Shown: positions 44,500-54,309 of the stretch, one piece after another
How the letters are laid out: each line of letters starts with the position of its first letter
Numbering within the stretch: position 1 is the first letter of the stretch
Origin: Gammaproteobacteria bacterium
Lineage (GTDB): Bacteria; Pseudomonadota; Gammaproteobacteria; GCA-001735895
NCBI GenBank assembly: GCA_029862125.1
Contig: JAOTXY010000011.1
Location: 572 to 64,571 of the forward strand
Direction: 5' to 3'
DNA length: 64,000 bases
Notes under the pieces: model-generated
Told to the model about the DNA's origin: nothing
Database searches by the model: none
Seen by the model: only the letters and a program-made list of their open reading frames with translations
Program-made: the position numbers and the translations under genes

Positions 44500-46743
44500 T
44501 CAACGAATCAGGTAAATCGGGCTGGACCAGGAGTAGTGGCCGTCTTCATGCGTTACCCGGACATAAAGCGGGTTATCGCGTTGCGTAACCAGTTCGATAT
44601 CGCGTTCGATTTTTAACGCGCAATGGGGATTATGATCGGGTAATCGAAACACTCTTATTCGACGCTCGATGCCACCGTTAGCAAAAATTAATTCATGGCG
44701 TCCGATATCGCTAATCTCGATCTCCTGCTGAACCAGTGCAGTATCGATGTGCAAAGTGCCTGTATCGCGTTCCCGTAATATGGCTTCAAAGCCACCAAAT
44801 CCACCGGTTGTCAGCGCACTCCATTCAACGCGGTCGTCAGCGGTCTGTTGGAAACGTCGATCCAGGTTGTAGCGATTGATCGGCGTCACCGACTCGAAAC
44901 CGTTATCGCTCAGTTTTGCATGACCATCCCAGATGGTTTCGCGACCGCGGCCGCGATACTCGGAGCCTTCCCAGATGACACGGATGCGATGCCCGAGATC
45001 GGCTTCGCTGTAAGGGCGAAAGATTTCCAGCGTATCGAGCCCGTTACGGATATCGATGCGCTCGATGGGTGCTGCGCTGTGAACGTCAATGTGGAACTTT
45101 ACGCTGTCCTGCGAGGTTTGCAGGATGTCACCCATCATCGCTTCGCGTACCATTTCAGAACTGACGTCACCCAGCCTCGGATCGTCGGAGAAGAGTTCAG
45201 CCGGTTGCGTGAATTCGACCCGGGTATCCAGTATCACCCGACTGCCGGTAGTGCCGTAGTGATGCCTTTGACGTAAACCCTGCATGATACCTGCGCGGGT
45301 AAAGTCGGGCGCCAGCACACAGGTCAGGCCGCCATAAGCACCAAAACTGGTAGAACCGGGGTGAGATGCCCCGGGACGGCCCTTGTGTCCATCGGAGTTA
45401 GAAAGGATACCGACGCGGTAACCCTGCTCGAAAGCGTCGTGAACCAGCCATTCGAAGGTGCCCCAGGCCGAATGAACTTCGACGCCCTTTTCGATGCGCT
45501 GGTCGTGGGCAACCTTGATATCGGCATAGCGTCCGCCGATATGTGCAAACACGGTGCAATCCTCATCCTTTAATGCCTCGAATAAATCGCCGGCCGAGGT
45601 TGCGTCGCTTTCGACATCGGACAAATCATCAACCAGCGCATGCGAGGAGCGATGTATCGGTCGACCTTCATGCATGTGCAGCACATTCCTGTCGCCACCC
45701 AGCCCGGTATTGCCCGACCATTCCCAGCCGGGAAACACGATGAAGCTTCCATCCTCGGTAAATTCCGCGGAAAGTTCGTTAAGCCATTGCCAGAATTCAC
45801 CGGTTATTTGAAAGTCATTCCCCTGGTGCACGCAAATATCGAGGAATGCCTTGTCGCGCGCAAACTCGTAGAAATCGCGTGCCGAATTGGTACCGATGGT
45901 TTCCTCCGACTGGCCATGCAGGTCGCCCCAGTAGGGCAGTAAATCGGCATCGGCGATGAATCGACAGGGATTCGATTTAGCAAGCAGGTTGTCGTCGGCG
46001 TCGAGCAACTCGATAATCAAATCACCAGTCTCGACAACATTCAGATGTTCGAGAATCCGTGTGAATTTGCCAACTTCAAAAGTAACCGAATCGGGCAGGC
46101 CATCGACGATCATATTGGCGCGTAACTTCAGCTTCAGGTCGCCAAGATTCGATGGATTGCCCCAGCGGTCTTCTCCCTTGAGGCAAAGCCGGAAACTGTC
46201 CTGTTGCTGCCGCATGGTCGGTAATATCGCTTTAAAGAGGACGGGTGGGCCAGGCACGATCTCGATCTCCGGCTGATGCGGCAGTTCAACATAGTTGTAG
46301 GTTGCTATCGCATCGACAAGCACCTTGAATTCGAAGGTTTTCTCACAAAAGGTCTGGATCCGCATGCCGGGTGAGCCTTGGCGTCGATCACCGAAACGCA
46401 CAATGATCTGATCACCCTCGCGCAAAAATCCCCGCACTACCTTAATGTAAAGCGTCTTGTCCCAGGGACGGATATTTCGCTTCATATCGTACTCGATATG
46501 TAAAACGGCCCCGTTAGTGGCTTCGGCGGTGACATAATTGGCAGCATCGGGTTTGTCAAACTGGGGTTTGCCCATGTCCGACGCAAAACGATGCACTATT
46601 TTGAGTGACCCGGTATCGTCGATTCCAAAATAACCCGCGGTATAAGTGAGGGTGAATTCCTGGAACGAGCCAGCTTCGAAACTACCGGTTGGTGCAACCG
46701 AGGCTGAACCCATCTTTTCGGGAAGGTAGGTAGAGTGGGGCAC
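44500..46743 (-). CDS. DUF3604-like PHP-fold putative metallohydrolase
   Basis: YWGDLHGQS, HQGND, FPGWEWSG, AHIGG, EVHSAWG, NSDGH metal-binding-type motifs; no signal peptide. Confidence 0.75.
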   Translation of the reverse strand: MPHSTYLPEKMGSASVAPTGSFEAGSFQEFTLTYTAGYFGIDDTGSLKIVHRFASDMGKPQFDKPDAANYVTAEATNGAVLHIEYDMKRNIRPWDKTLYIKVVRGFLREGDQIIVRFGDRRQGSPGMRIQTFCEKTFEFKVLVDAIATYNYVELPHQPEIEIVPGPPVLFKAILPTMRQQQDSFRLCLKGEDRWGNPSNLGDLKLKLRANMIVDGLPDSVTFEVGKFTRILEHLNVVETGDLIIELLDADDNLLAKSNPCRFIADADLLPYWGDLHGQSEETIGTNSARDFYEFARDKAFLDICVHQGNDFQITGEFWQWLNELSAEFTEDGSFIVFPGWEWSGNTGLGGDRNVLHMHEGRPIHRSSHALVDDLSDVESDATSAGDLFEALKDEDCTVFAHIGGRYADIKVAHDQRIEKGVEVHSAWGTFEWLVHDAFEQGYRVGILSNSDGHKGRPGASHPGSTSFGAYGGLTCVLAPDFTRAGIMQGLRQRHHYGTTGSRVILDTRVEFTQPAELFSDDPRLGDVSSEMVREAMMGDILQTSQDSVKFHIDVHSAAPIERIDIRNGLDTLEIFRPYSEADLGHRIRVIWEGSEYRGRGRETIWDGHAKLSDNGFESVTPINRYNLDRRFQQTADDRVEWSALTTGGFGGFEAILRERDTGTLHIDTALVQQEIEISDIGRHELIFANGGIERRIRVFRLPDHNPHCALKIERDIELVTQRDNPLYVRVTHEDGHYSWSSPIYLIR

Positions 46744-47232
46744 AGGTGTATTGTCCTCGTAAACGTGACAGCGAACAGGTTCTGGTCGCTTATTTTAACT
46801 GGTATAAGGGGCTTTAGAACATGGTTTGTTTTCTCGATAATTCAAATGTACCGAATTAAAACCGGATTTTATCGGCATATCGTTTAATTCGGCGTAAAAC
46901 TGGTACTTAAAGCAATGACGGTTAAGCGTATTTTCTTTATTATTGGAGCAGGCAACATAGGTTCACAAATTTCAACAACGACTATTTTGGTTCGCAACCA
47001 AACGACGGCACTCATACAGGAGACAGACTATTGAATGTTCCGAATAAGCAGTTTCCCTCCTCATCGGTAACCTTTTCCATGTTGATTTCAGAATCAATTT
47101 ACAAGCATGTCGTGGGTATCGAACCTACTATTCGCTGGTTTGCAAAAGCTGTTTTCAGACCCTGCCTGGCCCAGTTCAGGTGCCTGCTATGGTGAAAACA
47201 GATATCCAAATCGTACAAATCGGCGTCGATTT

Positions 47233-48465
47233 ATGATCCAACGCAGGTTTGTAGCAGCCACGCTATCGTGTCTATTAATGGGAGTCCCCGGCCTGGCACA
47301 GGCTGCCGTTTGCGATATCGATAAAGATGGCGACGTGGATCGCCTGGATATCAGCCTGATCATCAGTGCACGCGATACACCGGCGGATGGATCACGCGAT
47401 CTGCGTGATCCAGACGGTGACGGCAATATCACAGTGTTCGATGCACGGACCTGTATACGGCGGTGTAATTTGCCAGACTGTCAGATAGTCGATCCTGCAC
47501 CCCCTCCCACAACCGATAATTCAGACCAACTTAAAACACCGGTGGTAACTCCAGCTCAGAATACAGGAGATAAAGCCAGTAAACCAAGCGTGGCAGCTAC
47601 AAATCAGTCAGGTACTGGTATCCAGGGAAGGGCGATGGCCAGCGGCACTAAATGGAAAGTAAAACGTGGCGATACCCTGTATGCGATCGGTCGTGCTGTT
47701 TATCCGGGGGATGTCAATAAGCAGGCCCGTTTAAGGCAGGATATCATCAAGTTGAATCCCGCTATTTTCGCCAATGGCGCCAATAAAATGGCCGTTGGTG
47801 TCGTTCTGAAACTGCCCGATTATGTCATTCCAAAAGATGCGCCGGTCGAAGCTACTCCCAAACCACCGCCAAAGCTTGTTGAGCCTGCCCCGGTCGTTAA
47901 GCCTGCCCCGGTCGTTAAGCCTGCCCCGGTCGTTAAGCCTGCCCCGGTGGTTGAACCTGAACCCGAAACACCACAGGAAATCTCGGCATCTTTCGTGCGC
48001 ACAGAAAGTAATTACCTGGTCAGTCTTGGTTACGCTTACGGTGGGGATAAGCTGGTTTATGAAGATGGTTCCTACGATCCTGCAGGGGCTGGTGCCCATG
48101 CGCGTCTGGGTTATGAACAAATGTATCAATTTGGTGGCGGCTATCGCGTAGGGCTCGGTTTTCAATACGGTTTTACGGAAGACTCGACATTGCAGGATGT
48201 CTATTTGCAATTGGCGTATCAATATCGCTCAAATCCATTTATTTTCGGGATTGGTGTTGTTGTTCATGATGGGGCGACGCTCGAAGATGATTCCACTATC
48301 GAATACGATGCCGCAAATGGTGTGGTTGTGTATTTGGAGAATGTCGGGAAAGGTGACCTGGCTGGCTGGGGGCTTAGTTACACCTCCCTGGATATTGAAG
48401 ACAAAGACAGCTCTGAATCATTTGATGCATCGCGAGCCGAACTTTATTACAGTTGGCGTTTTTAA
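47233..48465 (+). CDS. outer-membrane protein: dockerin-like EF-hand pair + LysM + Pro-rich linker + beta-barrel
   Basis: Signal peptide from ATG 47233; DIDKDGDVD and DPDGDGNIT loops; WKVKRGDTLYAIG...LKLP LysM; C-terminal alternating strands ending YYSWRF. Confidence 0.8.
   Translation: MIQRRFVAATLSCLLMGVPGLAQAAVCDIDKDGDVDRLDISLIISARDTPADGSRDLRDPDGDGNITVFDARTCIRRCNLPDCQIVDPAPPPTTDNSDQLKTPVVTPAQNTGDKASKPSVAATNQSGTGIQGRAMASGTKWKVKRGDTLYAIGRAVYPGDVNKQARLRQDIIKLNPAIFANGANKMAVGVVLKLPDYVIPKDAPVEATPKPPPKLVEPAPVVKPAPVVKPAPVVKPAPVVEPEPETPQEISASFVRTESNYLVSLGYAYGGDKLVYEDGSYDPAGAGAHARLGYEQMYQFGGGYRVGLGFQYGFTEDSTLQDVYLQLAYQYRSNPFIFGIGVVVHDGATLEDDSTIEYDAANGVVVYLENVGKGDLAGWGLSYTSLDIEDKDSSESFDASRAELYYSWRF
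47883..47954 (+). repeat. 18-bp coding tandem repeat x4 (PAPVVK)
   Basis: GCCTGCCCCGGTCGTTAA three times exactly, plus one variant copy. Confidence 0.95.
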
Positions 48466-48518
48466 TTTCAATCCCGGGAGCGGAATACCGGCTCACAATA
48501 AGCTAGCCGTGGTATTTT

Positions 48519-48974
48519 TCATTTTTTTGCTATTGCGAGGATATGCCGGCTAAATGCGTCATCCTCACCTTCAAGGAGGTCGGGCAGTAATTCGACGAAC
48601 TCCTTTTTGCGGCACCACTCTGCCATGTCGTCTTCCCAGGACATCCAGCGACGTTTTGCATCGGGTTTCATATTTTCGGAATAGAGAATAATGTAGGCCT
48701 TTTCAAATAGTGACACCAGCATCCTGTAGATAATTTCCCGTCGTTCGAGTTGTTCCTCTGATAGTGTAGGCGGATTATTCGATGCCCTTAAAAGTAAAAG
48801 GTCGGCATTGTCCAGAACCAGCCTCAGGAAATTATCGTATTCCTCTGAAAGGTGTCGGTGGAGTTCGTTTTCTTCATTATCGAGACGTCTTCTATGCTCG
48901 TAAATAAAAACGAGAATAGCGGTTGGGAAACCCAGTATTGTTACCAGGTAACTCAATGCCTCTAACCAGGTCAT
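48519..48974 (-). CDS. conserved hypothetical protein with single N-terminal TM anchor
   Basis: LSYLVTILGFPTAILVFIYE followed by a helical domain (LVSLFEKAY...RWMSWED...W). Confidence 0.75.
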   Translation of the reverse strand: MTWLEALSYLVTILGFPTAILVFIYEHRRRLDNEENELHRHLSEEYDNFLRLVLDNADLLLLRASNNPPTLSEEQLERREIIYRMLVSLFEKAYIILYSENMKPDAKRRWMSWEDDMAEWCRKKEFVELLPDLLEGEDDAFSRHILAIAKK

Positions 48975-48978
48975 GGCA

Positions 48979-49983
48979 TTAAACCTTTACAACCAGCTTT
49001 CCAAAATGCCCTGCAGCGCGCATTGCGTGATAGGCGGAGCGTGCATCTTCAAAATCAAATACCCGGTCAATAACCGGGTGTATCTTGTTTAGAGCGAAGG
49101 CCGCGTTCATGTCTTCGAACATCCGGCGGTTGCCAACATAAACACCTTGCAGGCGGATTGATTTTCGCATCACGGTGGTGGGATTAATCGCGCCGCCTGT
49201 CAGGACTCCGATCAAACTGATGGTACCGCCGATCCGGGTAGCCTCCATTGTTTTCTCCAGGGTCCCGCCACCGCCGGTCTCAATGGTCACATCGACACCA
49301 CTACCATTGGTCATTTCGAGGACTTGTTTTTCCCAGGCAGGGTTCTGGCGATAGTTGATCAATTCATCTGCGCCCAGCACCCTGGCACGGGTCAATTTAT
49401 CATCACTGGATGACGTAACTATTGCCCGCGCGCCCATCATTTTTGCAATCTGCAAACCGATGATTGATACACCACCGGTGCCAAGAAACAATGCCGTGTT
49501 GCCTGCCCTGAGGCCACCCTGTTCAACCAGGCAGTTCCAGGCAGTCAATCCGGCACAAGGAAGTGTCGATGCTTCTTCAAATGACATATGGGCGGGAATG
49601 TGCACCGCACCGGCTTCGTTAAGCACCACCTGTTCGGAGAGGACGCCATCAACCGAACCACCCATTGCGCTGGCCATGGCTTCAGCTGATATGCGCCCGT
49701 CAGACCAGTTCTGGAAGAAACATCCAGCAACCCGGTCTCCGATTTCAAACCGGGAGACTTCTGCACCGACACCAATCACCTCGCCGGCACCGTCAGAATT
49801 CGGGATCAGCGGGTACTCGATACCTCGTGGAACAGGGTCTTCAATTGTCGAGAGATCTCGATAATTTATGGATGAGGCTCGGATGCTAACGAGTATTTCA
49901 CTCGCTCCCGGTTGCGGTGATTGCCTTTTGTTCAGGGCAAGCGCATCGACACCGTCGTCTGATACTATTTCATAAGTGCGCAT
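48979..49983 (-). CDS. MDR-family NAD(P)-dependent oxidoreductase (zinc-independent type)
   Basis: SINYRD, PNSDGAGEV, LPCAGLTAW, GTGGVS, HFGKLV. Confidence 0.92.
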   Translation of the reverse strand: MRTYEIVSDDGVDALALNKRQSPQPGASEILVSIRASSINYRDLSTIEDPVPRGIEYPLIPNSDGAGEVIGVGAEVSRFEIGDRVAGCFFQNWSDGRISAEAMASAMGGSVDGVLSEQVVLNEAGAVHIPAHMSFEEASTLPCAGLTAWNCLVEQGGLRAGNTALFLGTGGVSIIGLQIAKMMGARAIVTSSSDDKLTRARVLGADELINYRQNPAWEKQVLEMTNGSGVDVTIETGGGGTLEKTMEATRIGGTISLIGVLTGGAINPTTVMRKSIRLQGVYVGNRRMFEDMNAAFALNKIHPVIDRVFDFEDARSAYHAMRAAGHFGKLVVKV

Positions 49984-50233
49984 GTGAAATCTTCAAAAAA
50001 CTCTGCCTGAATCTGCCTGGACACACTCTCCATGTTGGAGAAATTTTTGTCAATTACTGATTCACAATATATTAGCGAGGATCAACTAACGACGTCCTCT
50101 GCCAGCGACAACCCCGCAACCGGTTTGTGCAAGCGGTACAGGAATGTTTAAGCAATAAGGAAGTCGGTAGTGCTTTTTTCCGGGGAGTGCAGAATGGAAT
50201 AAAATTTAGTACCCCGGGATTAGATCAGTTTAA

Positions 50234-50467
50234 CTAGTTAAAGCTGAACAGTTTTTTAAACGAGGACTTTAAAGAGGAAACCTCACTGCGATCAGTACCA
50301 AAGTATTGCCGAACAAGTTCATCTCGTATTTTCTGCTGTCTGCGTTCGGCCCGATCTTTACCGACGACACTGCTGACTACTTGCGTAAAATCAGTAATCA
50401 GGCTATTGTCAGTAGCATCGGTGTTATCGCTTCTTCTTGTTCCCGGTAAAGTTATTTCTTCGTTCAT
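50234..50467 (-). CDS. hypothetical protein (77 aa)
   Basis: Co-oriented ORF in an otherwise empty gap; no recognisable motif; weak RBS. Confidence 0.45.
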   Translation of the reverse strand: MNEEITLPGTRRSDNTDATDNSLITDFTQVVSSVVGKDRAERRQQKIRDELVRQYFGTDRSEVSSLKSSFKKLFSFN

Positions 50468-50844
50468 CTATTTTGAATCTGCCTAAATTGTAGCGGCCAG
50501 CCATGGCCTCATTTTCAATCCGGTGCATCCGCATTAATACCAGCAAAGCATAACAAGGCATTAATATGGCGACATCCCCTGTATGGGTTAAATGTTTAAT
50601 TGCTGAAATGTTGCAGCGGGATGGTTTTTTGCTGTGGTTTTCTTTAAAAAAGACAGCAACGGGATACTTGACTTACACGCCCCTGATTAGAAATTAATGC
50701 TAGCCGACGGGTATCTTGTGCGACCGAAACGGCAAAATAACAGCATACTTTCATAATGCTTTAGGAGGCTTTGCTGTCAGTGGCGATGTTTTTCTTGTTA
50801 TCCGCTTATGTGCTGCGGGAGGATAAGGAGTTACGACAATATTA

Positions 50845-51768
50845 TTACTGTCTCGCAATATCGGTTTGGAACAGGTAGGTTTCTTCTAAATCTTCATCGA
50901 TATCGAGGTCAACCATTCCGAGAGACTCCATTACTTCAAACCACTGTTCGTCGGCCAGGCGGCAGGCGATGGCTATTTGCTCCGATGTGCACTTCGATTT
51001 TTCCCAGTTCGGAATTGTCGACAGGATATCCGCTACCACATCTTCTTCCTCTTCTTCTTCATCGATATTATTCAGGTCAAGCCGGCTCAATTTATTCGCC
51101 AAATATACAATGCTGGTTTCAACTGCTATTTGCCCATTGTGATCGGTATCGTGGTGTCTTTTCACGCATTGGGTAATCAGACCTGGAATGCCCCATTTAT
51201 CCAGTAACGCAACCCCGACATCGATGTGTGAAACCCCCAGCTTTTCGGTTTCGACCTGGATGACATCCTTGTTTTCGGTTCTCGCAAGTTCGGAGATCTG
51301 GATATAAGAGCCCGGATTCACTTTTGCGATTACCAGCCATCCGATATCATGCAACAGCCCGGCCGTGAAGAAAGCCTCGTGATCGATGACACATGCATTT
51401 TGCATCGCCAGTTGCCTGCCGATAATCGCGGTTTTTATACTATGTTGCCAGAAGTCCCTTAGCGGAAACTCGGTGATATCAAAATCTTTAAAAACGCCGG
51501 CTAATACGGAACCCACCAGGACCTGTCGTAACTGCTGGCGACCCAGTAAGGTTACGGCCTGGGGGATGGAGGTAACCGGATTTTGCAATCCGTAGTAGGC
51601 GCTGTTGATCAGTTTCAGGATTCTGGCGGTTAATGCGGGATCGGACTGAACCGCTTCTCCGATTTTTATGCCGGTTGAGCTTTCAGTCTCAAGCAGTTCA
51701 GTTACCCTGATATAGACTTCGGGAAGTGAAGGTAACTCACCTGCCTGCTTTAGTAGAGGTTCCAGCAT
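50845..51768 (-). CDS. HDOD domain protein
   Basis: LPSLPEV, DPALTARILKLINSAYYG, FWQHS, AGLLHDIG, W-G-I-P. Confidence 0.92.
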   Translation of the reverse strand: MLEPLLKQAGELPSLPEVYIRVTELLETESSTGIKIGEAVQSDPALTARILKLINSAYYGLQNPVTSIPQAVTLLGRQQLRQVLVGSVLAGVFKDFDITEFPLRDFWQHSIKTAIIGRQLAMQNACVIDHEAFFTAGLLHDIGWLVIAKVNPGSYIQISELARTENKDVIQVETEKLGVSHIDVGVALLDKWGIPGLITQCVKRHHDTDHNGQIAVETSIVYLANKLSRLDLNNIDEEEEEEDVVADILSTIPNWEKSKCTSEQIAIACRLADEQWFEVMESLGMVDLDIDEDLEETYLFQTDIARQ

Positions 51769-51867
51769 TTTTATCCTTAATATTTTATTTGAACCAATAT
51801 CGAATACTGTTGCAGTCTAATTCGACACCGTCCAGGGCATTGCCATGGTGTTGTAAAAACGACTCCT

Positions 51868-53115
51868 TTAAATCGATCCAAGCATACTTTCGACTGCCGC
51901 GACTTCTGCCTTGGACTCTTCGATAAAGCTTTCACTTTCTTCTGCACTGAATTCCAGCTGTAGTTTCAGGAAAGCAGGCATTTTTGAAAGCGCTGGCAAA
52001 GTCTTTTCTGAAGCTGTTCCGAGGAGACTGTAATATCGAGCTACCAGAACCAGGTCGCACAGGTCAGCTTCGTCGCGATGGTTGCGAAACCATTTACGGG
52101 ATTCTTCACCGACAGTAACGATTTCATCACCCAGGCTCCATTGGTAGAGCAACATTCCGTTGATCTGGGAGTGCAGTGAGCGAATGGTTTGATCGAGCGC
52201 CTCATCGTCGCCATAAAGGTCGCTGTGTGACTGCGCGTAATCCAGTATCGCGATTATCCCCAGGTCGCTTATCAATCCTGCCATCTGGGCCATTTCAGGA
52301 TCGAAGCTTCCCGACCTGCTGGCAAGCACCCGGCTGTAAGCCGAAAGTTTGCGACAATTCTTCCACAACGACTGCATGCGATTTTGCATACTATTTGATT
52401 TGGACTCGAACAATTCAGAAGCCGCGTAAATCATGATCTGCTTTTTAATTACATCCATCCCCATACGTACGATCGCTTGTTGCAGGGTCTCGATAGGCTC
52501 GCTGCCACGATATAATGCGCTGTTGGCCGTTTTCAGCAACTTGGCAGTTATCGAGGGATCAGACTGGATAAGCCCGGTAACCTTGGCGACATCATAGTTG
52601 TCGTCGGCAAATACCTTTTGGATTTTTTGTACGACATCCGGCAATGTCGGCAGCGAAATATTGCCGCTGCTGATATCGGTACAGAGACTGATGGTCAGTT
52701 GATTAGCTGCCTCCGATTGCTCAATTATTTCGACTTCCATTTCGGTAGATTCCGGCTCCTCAACCAAGGACAACTCGGTTAACAGGTCGTTGGGGATCTC
52801 CAGGTACTTCGTAGGTGAGACTGTCTCGATTTCATAAAGGCTCGGGCGGATATGTGCGATCGGCTCCAGGTCATCATCGCTTTCTGAACCCATCTTGCGT
52901 TCGTTTCCCTCACCGTCGCGGCTGATGGCTTCGCCGCTCAACAGGTACAGGCTGTAATCACCCAGGTCACCCAGGCCGATTATGCGCTGCTTCGGCGCAG
53001 CCATTTTTGGTTCAAGCCTGGCGGCCAGGCTGTTGAGCTGCTTGTCGTTGAATAGCGCCAGGTTTCTGATACGTTTCAAAACCGAGTGGTCGAGTGCCGT
53101 GGTATCGTTCTGCAT
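51868..53115 (-). CDS. HDOD domain protein with N-terminal cNMP-binding-like domain
   Basis: N-terminal LALF..L..L..L...YSLYLLSG pattern; HDOD LPTLPDV, DPSITAKLLKTANSALY, AGLISDLG. Confidence 0.85.
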   Translation of the reverse strand: MQNDTTALDHSVLKRIRNLALFNDKQLNSLAARLEPKMAAPKQRIIGLGDLGDYSLYLLSGEAISRDGEGNERKMGSESDDDLEPIAHIRPSLYEIETVSPTKYLEIPNDLLTELSLVEEPESTEMEVEIIEQSEAANQLTISLCTDISSGNISLPTLPDVVQKIQKVFADDNYDVAKVTGLIQSDPSITAKLLKTANSALYRGSEPIETLQQAIVRMGMDVIKKQIMIYAASELFESKSNSMQNRMQSLWKNCRKLSAYSRVLASRSGSFDPEMAQMAGLISDLGIIAILDYAQSHSDLYGDDEALDQTIRSLHSQINGMLLYQWSLGDEIVTVGEESRKWFRNHRDEADLCDLVLVARYYSLLGTASEKTLPALSKMPAFLKLQLEFSAEESESFIEESKAEVAAVESMLGSI

Positions 53116-53314
53116 CTGTATATTCCCCGTGAAAATTCAGATTTTTTATGGACATATTAATGTATGGCAGCCCTATCGGCCGTTGGTGGAAAAACTTGAG
53201 TAGCAGTTAAAGCTAGTTGTTTTTGTGGCAAATATACGGCTTCTACAATCCATACCAGGGGAGAAAACCAATTCTGACTGGAGTTTGTCCCTGTTGCCGG
53301 TTATTTTGTATTCC

Positions 53315-54130
53315 GTGAACAATAGAAACAAAAAATTTATCGCCTGTGGCATGTATGCATTTAGCGACGACCTGGCAGGGGCGTGGCAACAGCTGTTTGC
53401 CTGCTTTAGCGAACTGCTTGATGCCAGTAGTAAGCAAGCGATCGAATTGCGCTTTGATTCAGACCAGGCCCTGCTGCGAGATGCGGGATTATTCCTCGGT
53501 CATACCTGTGGCTATCCGTTGATGAAGCATTTAAAAGACCAGGTCATTCCGTTTTGCGTACCCGTGTTTGAGGTGCCTGGAACCGATGGAAAAATGTATT
53601 CGAGTCGTTTCATTGTTGCCGCGGATTCGTCCATCGAAGCACTTGATGAGTGCCGGGGAAAAGTCGCTGCGATGAATGCCGCGGACTCAAATAGCGGGAT
53701 GAACGTACTCAGGTACGCGATTGCAAGGTTCAACCCGTCCGGTCCATTCTTTTCCAGGGTAGTTCAAACCGGCAGTCATCTGCATAGCCTGGAGACGGTG
53801 GCTGACGGGACCACGGATGTCGCTGCCATCGATTGTGTCAGTTACCAGCTGATCCAGGATCATTGGCCGGAACTGGTTGAAAAGGTGCGTAGCATTGGTT
53901 TCAGCGTAAAGACATGTGGCCTGCCTTTGGTGCTTCCGAGACCAGGTATTGACGATGCCGACTTGGAGCTGCTGGTGGAAAAAATGAATCAGGCACTTGC
54001 AGATACCCCTGAAACGATTCGTAACAGGCTTCACCTGCACGGATTCGAGCCAGTGACACTGGAAGACTACCAACCGATAATCGAGCTGGAGAACTTTGCT
54101 ATAGATTCAGGTTACCCCCGTCTCATTTAG
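53315..54130 (+). CDS. PhnD/phosphonate-binding-like protein without apparent signal peptide
   Basis: GHTCGYP, YSSRFIV, AMNAADSNSG, TGSHLHSL..VADG..DVAAIDCVSY, PLV; start placed at GTG 53315 (uncertain). Confidence 0.8.
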   Translation: MNNRNKKFIACGMYAFSDDLAGAWQQLFACFSELLDASSKQAIELRFDSDQALLRDAGLFLGHTCGYPLMKHLKDQVIPFCVPVFEVPGTDGKMYSSRFIVAADSSIEALDECRGKVAAMNAADSNSGMNVLRYAIARFNPSGPFFSRVVQTGSHLHSLETVADGTTDVAAIDCVSYQLIQDHWPELVEKVRSIGFSVKTCGLPLVLPRPGIDDADLELLVEKMNQALADTPETIRNRLHLHGFEPVTLEDYQPIIELENFAIDSGYPRLI

Positions 54131-54309
54131 TAGCCCCTTACCGGCAGTCGTTAATTAACGCGGCCGGTTAATTCCCTGTAGATACCTGGTTAACGATTCG
54201 ATGCTGTTTACTGCCATCGGCGAAGTTGCATGTAAATAACCTGATTTTCCCGGCTAGACGGCTCCAGATTTCTCAAATACTATCGACTGCTGTATCACAG
54301 GAGCCCTCA

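Noticed and set aside
47082-47097. TTGAT-N6-ATCAA as an FNR box
   Set aside because: The spacer is 6 nt, not 4; it may bind another factor but cannot be assigned.
47031-47195. TTG-started ORF of about 54 aa after a CAGGAG SD-like sequence
   Set aside because: No recognisable features and a non-ATG start; insufficient support.
47883-47954. Direct repeats as a CRISPR array
   Set aside because: Contiguous in-frame 18-mers with no spacers and no cas genes.
50111-50124. ACCCCGCAACCGGT as a cobalamin riboswitch core
   Set aside because: The other B12-box elements are absent and the nearest downstream gene context does not fit.
50746-50773. TACTTTCATAA as a second dif half-site (attL of an island)
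   Set aside because: The spacer and second arm do not match.
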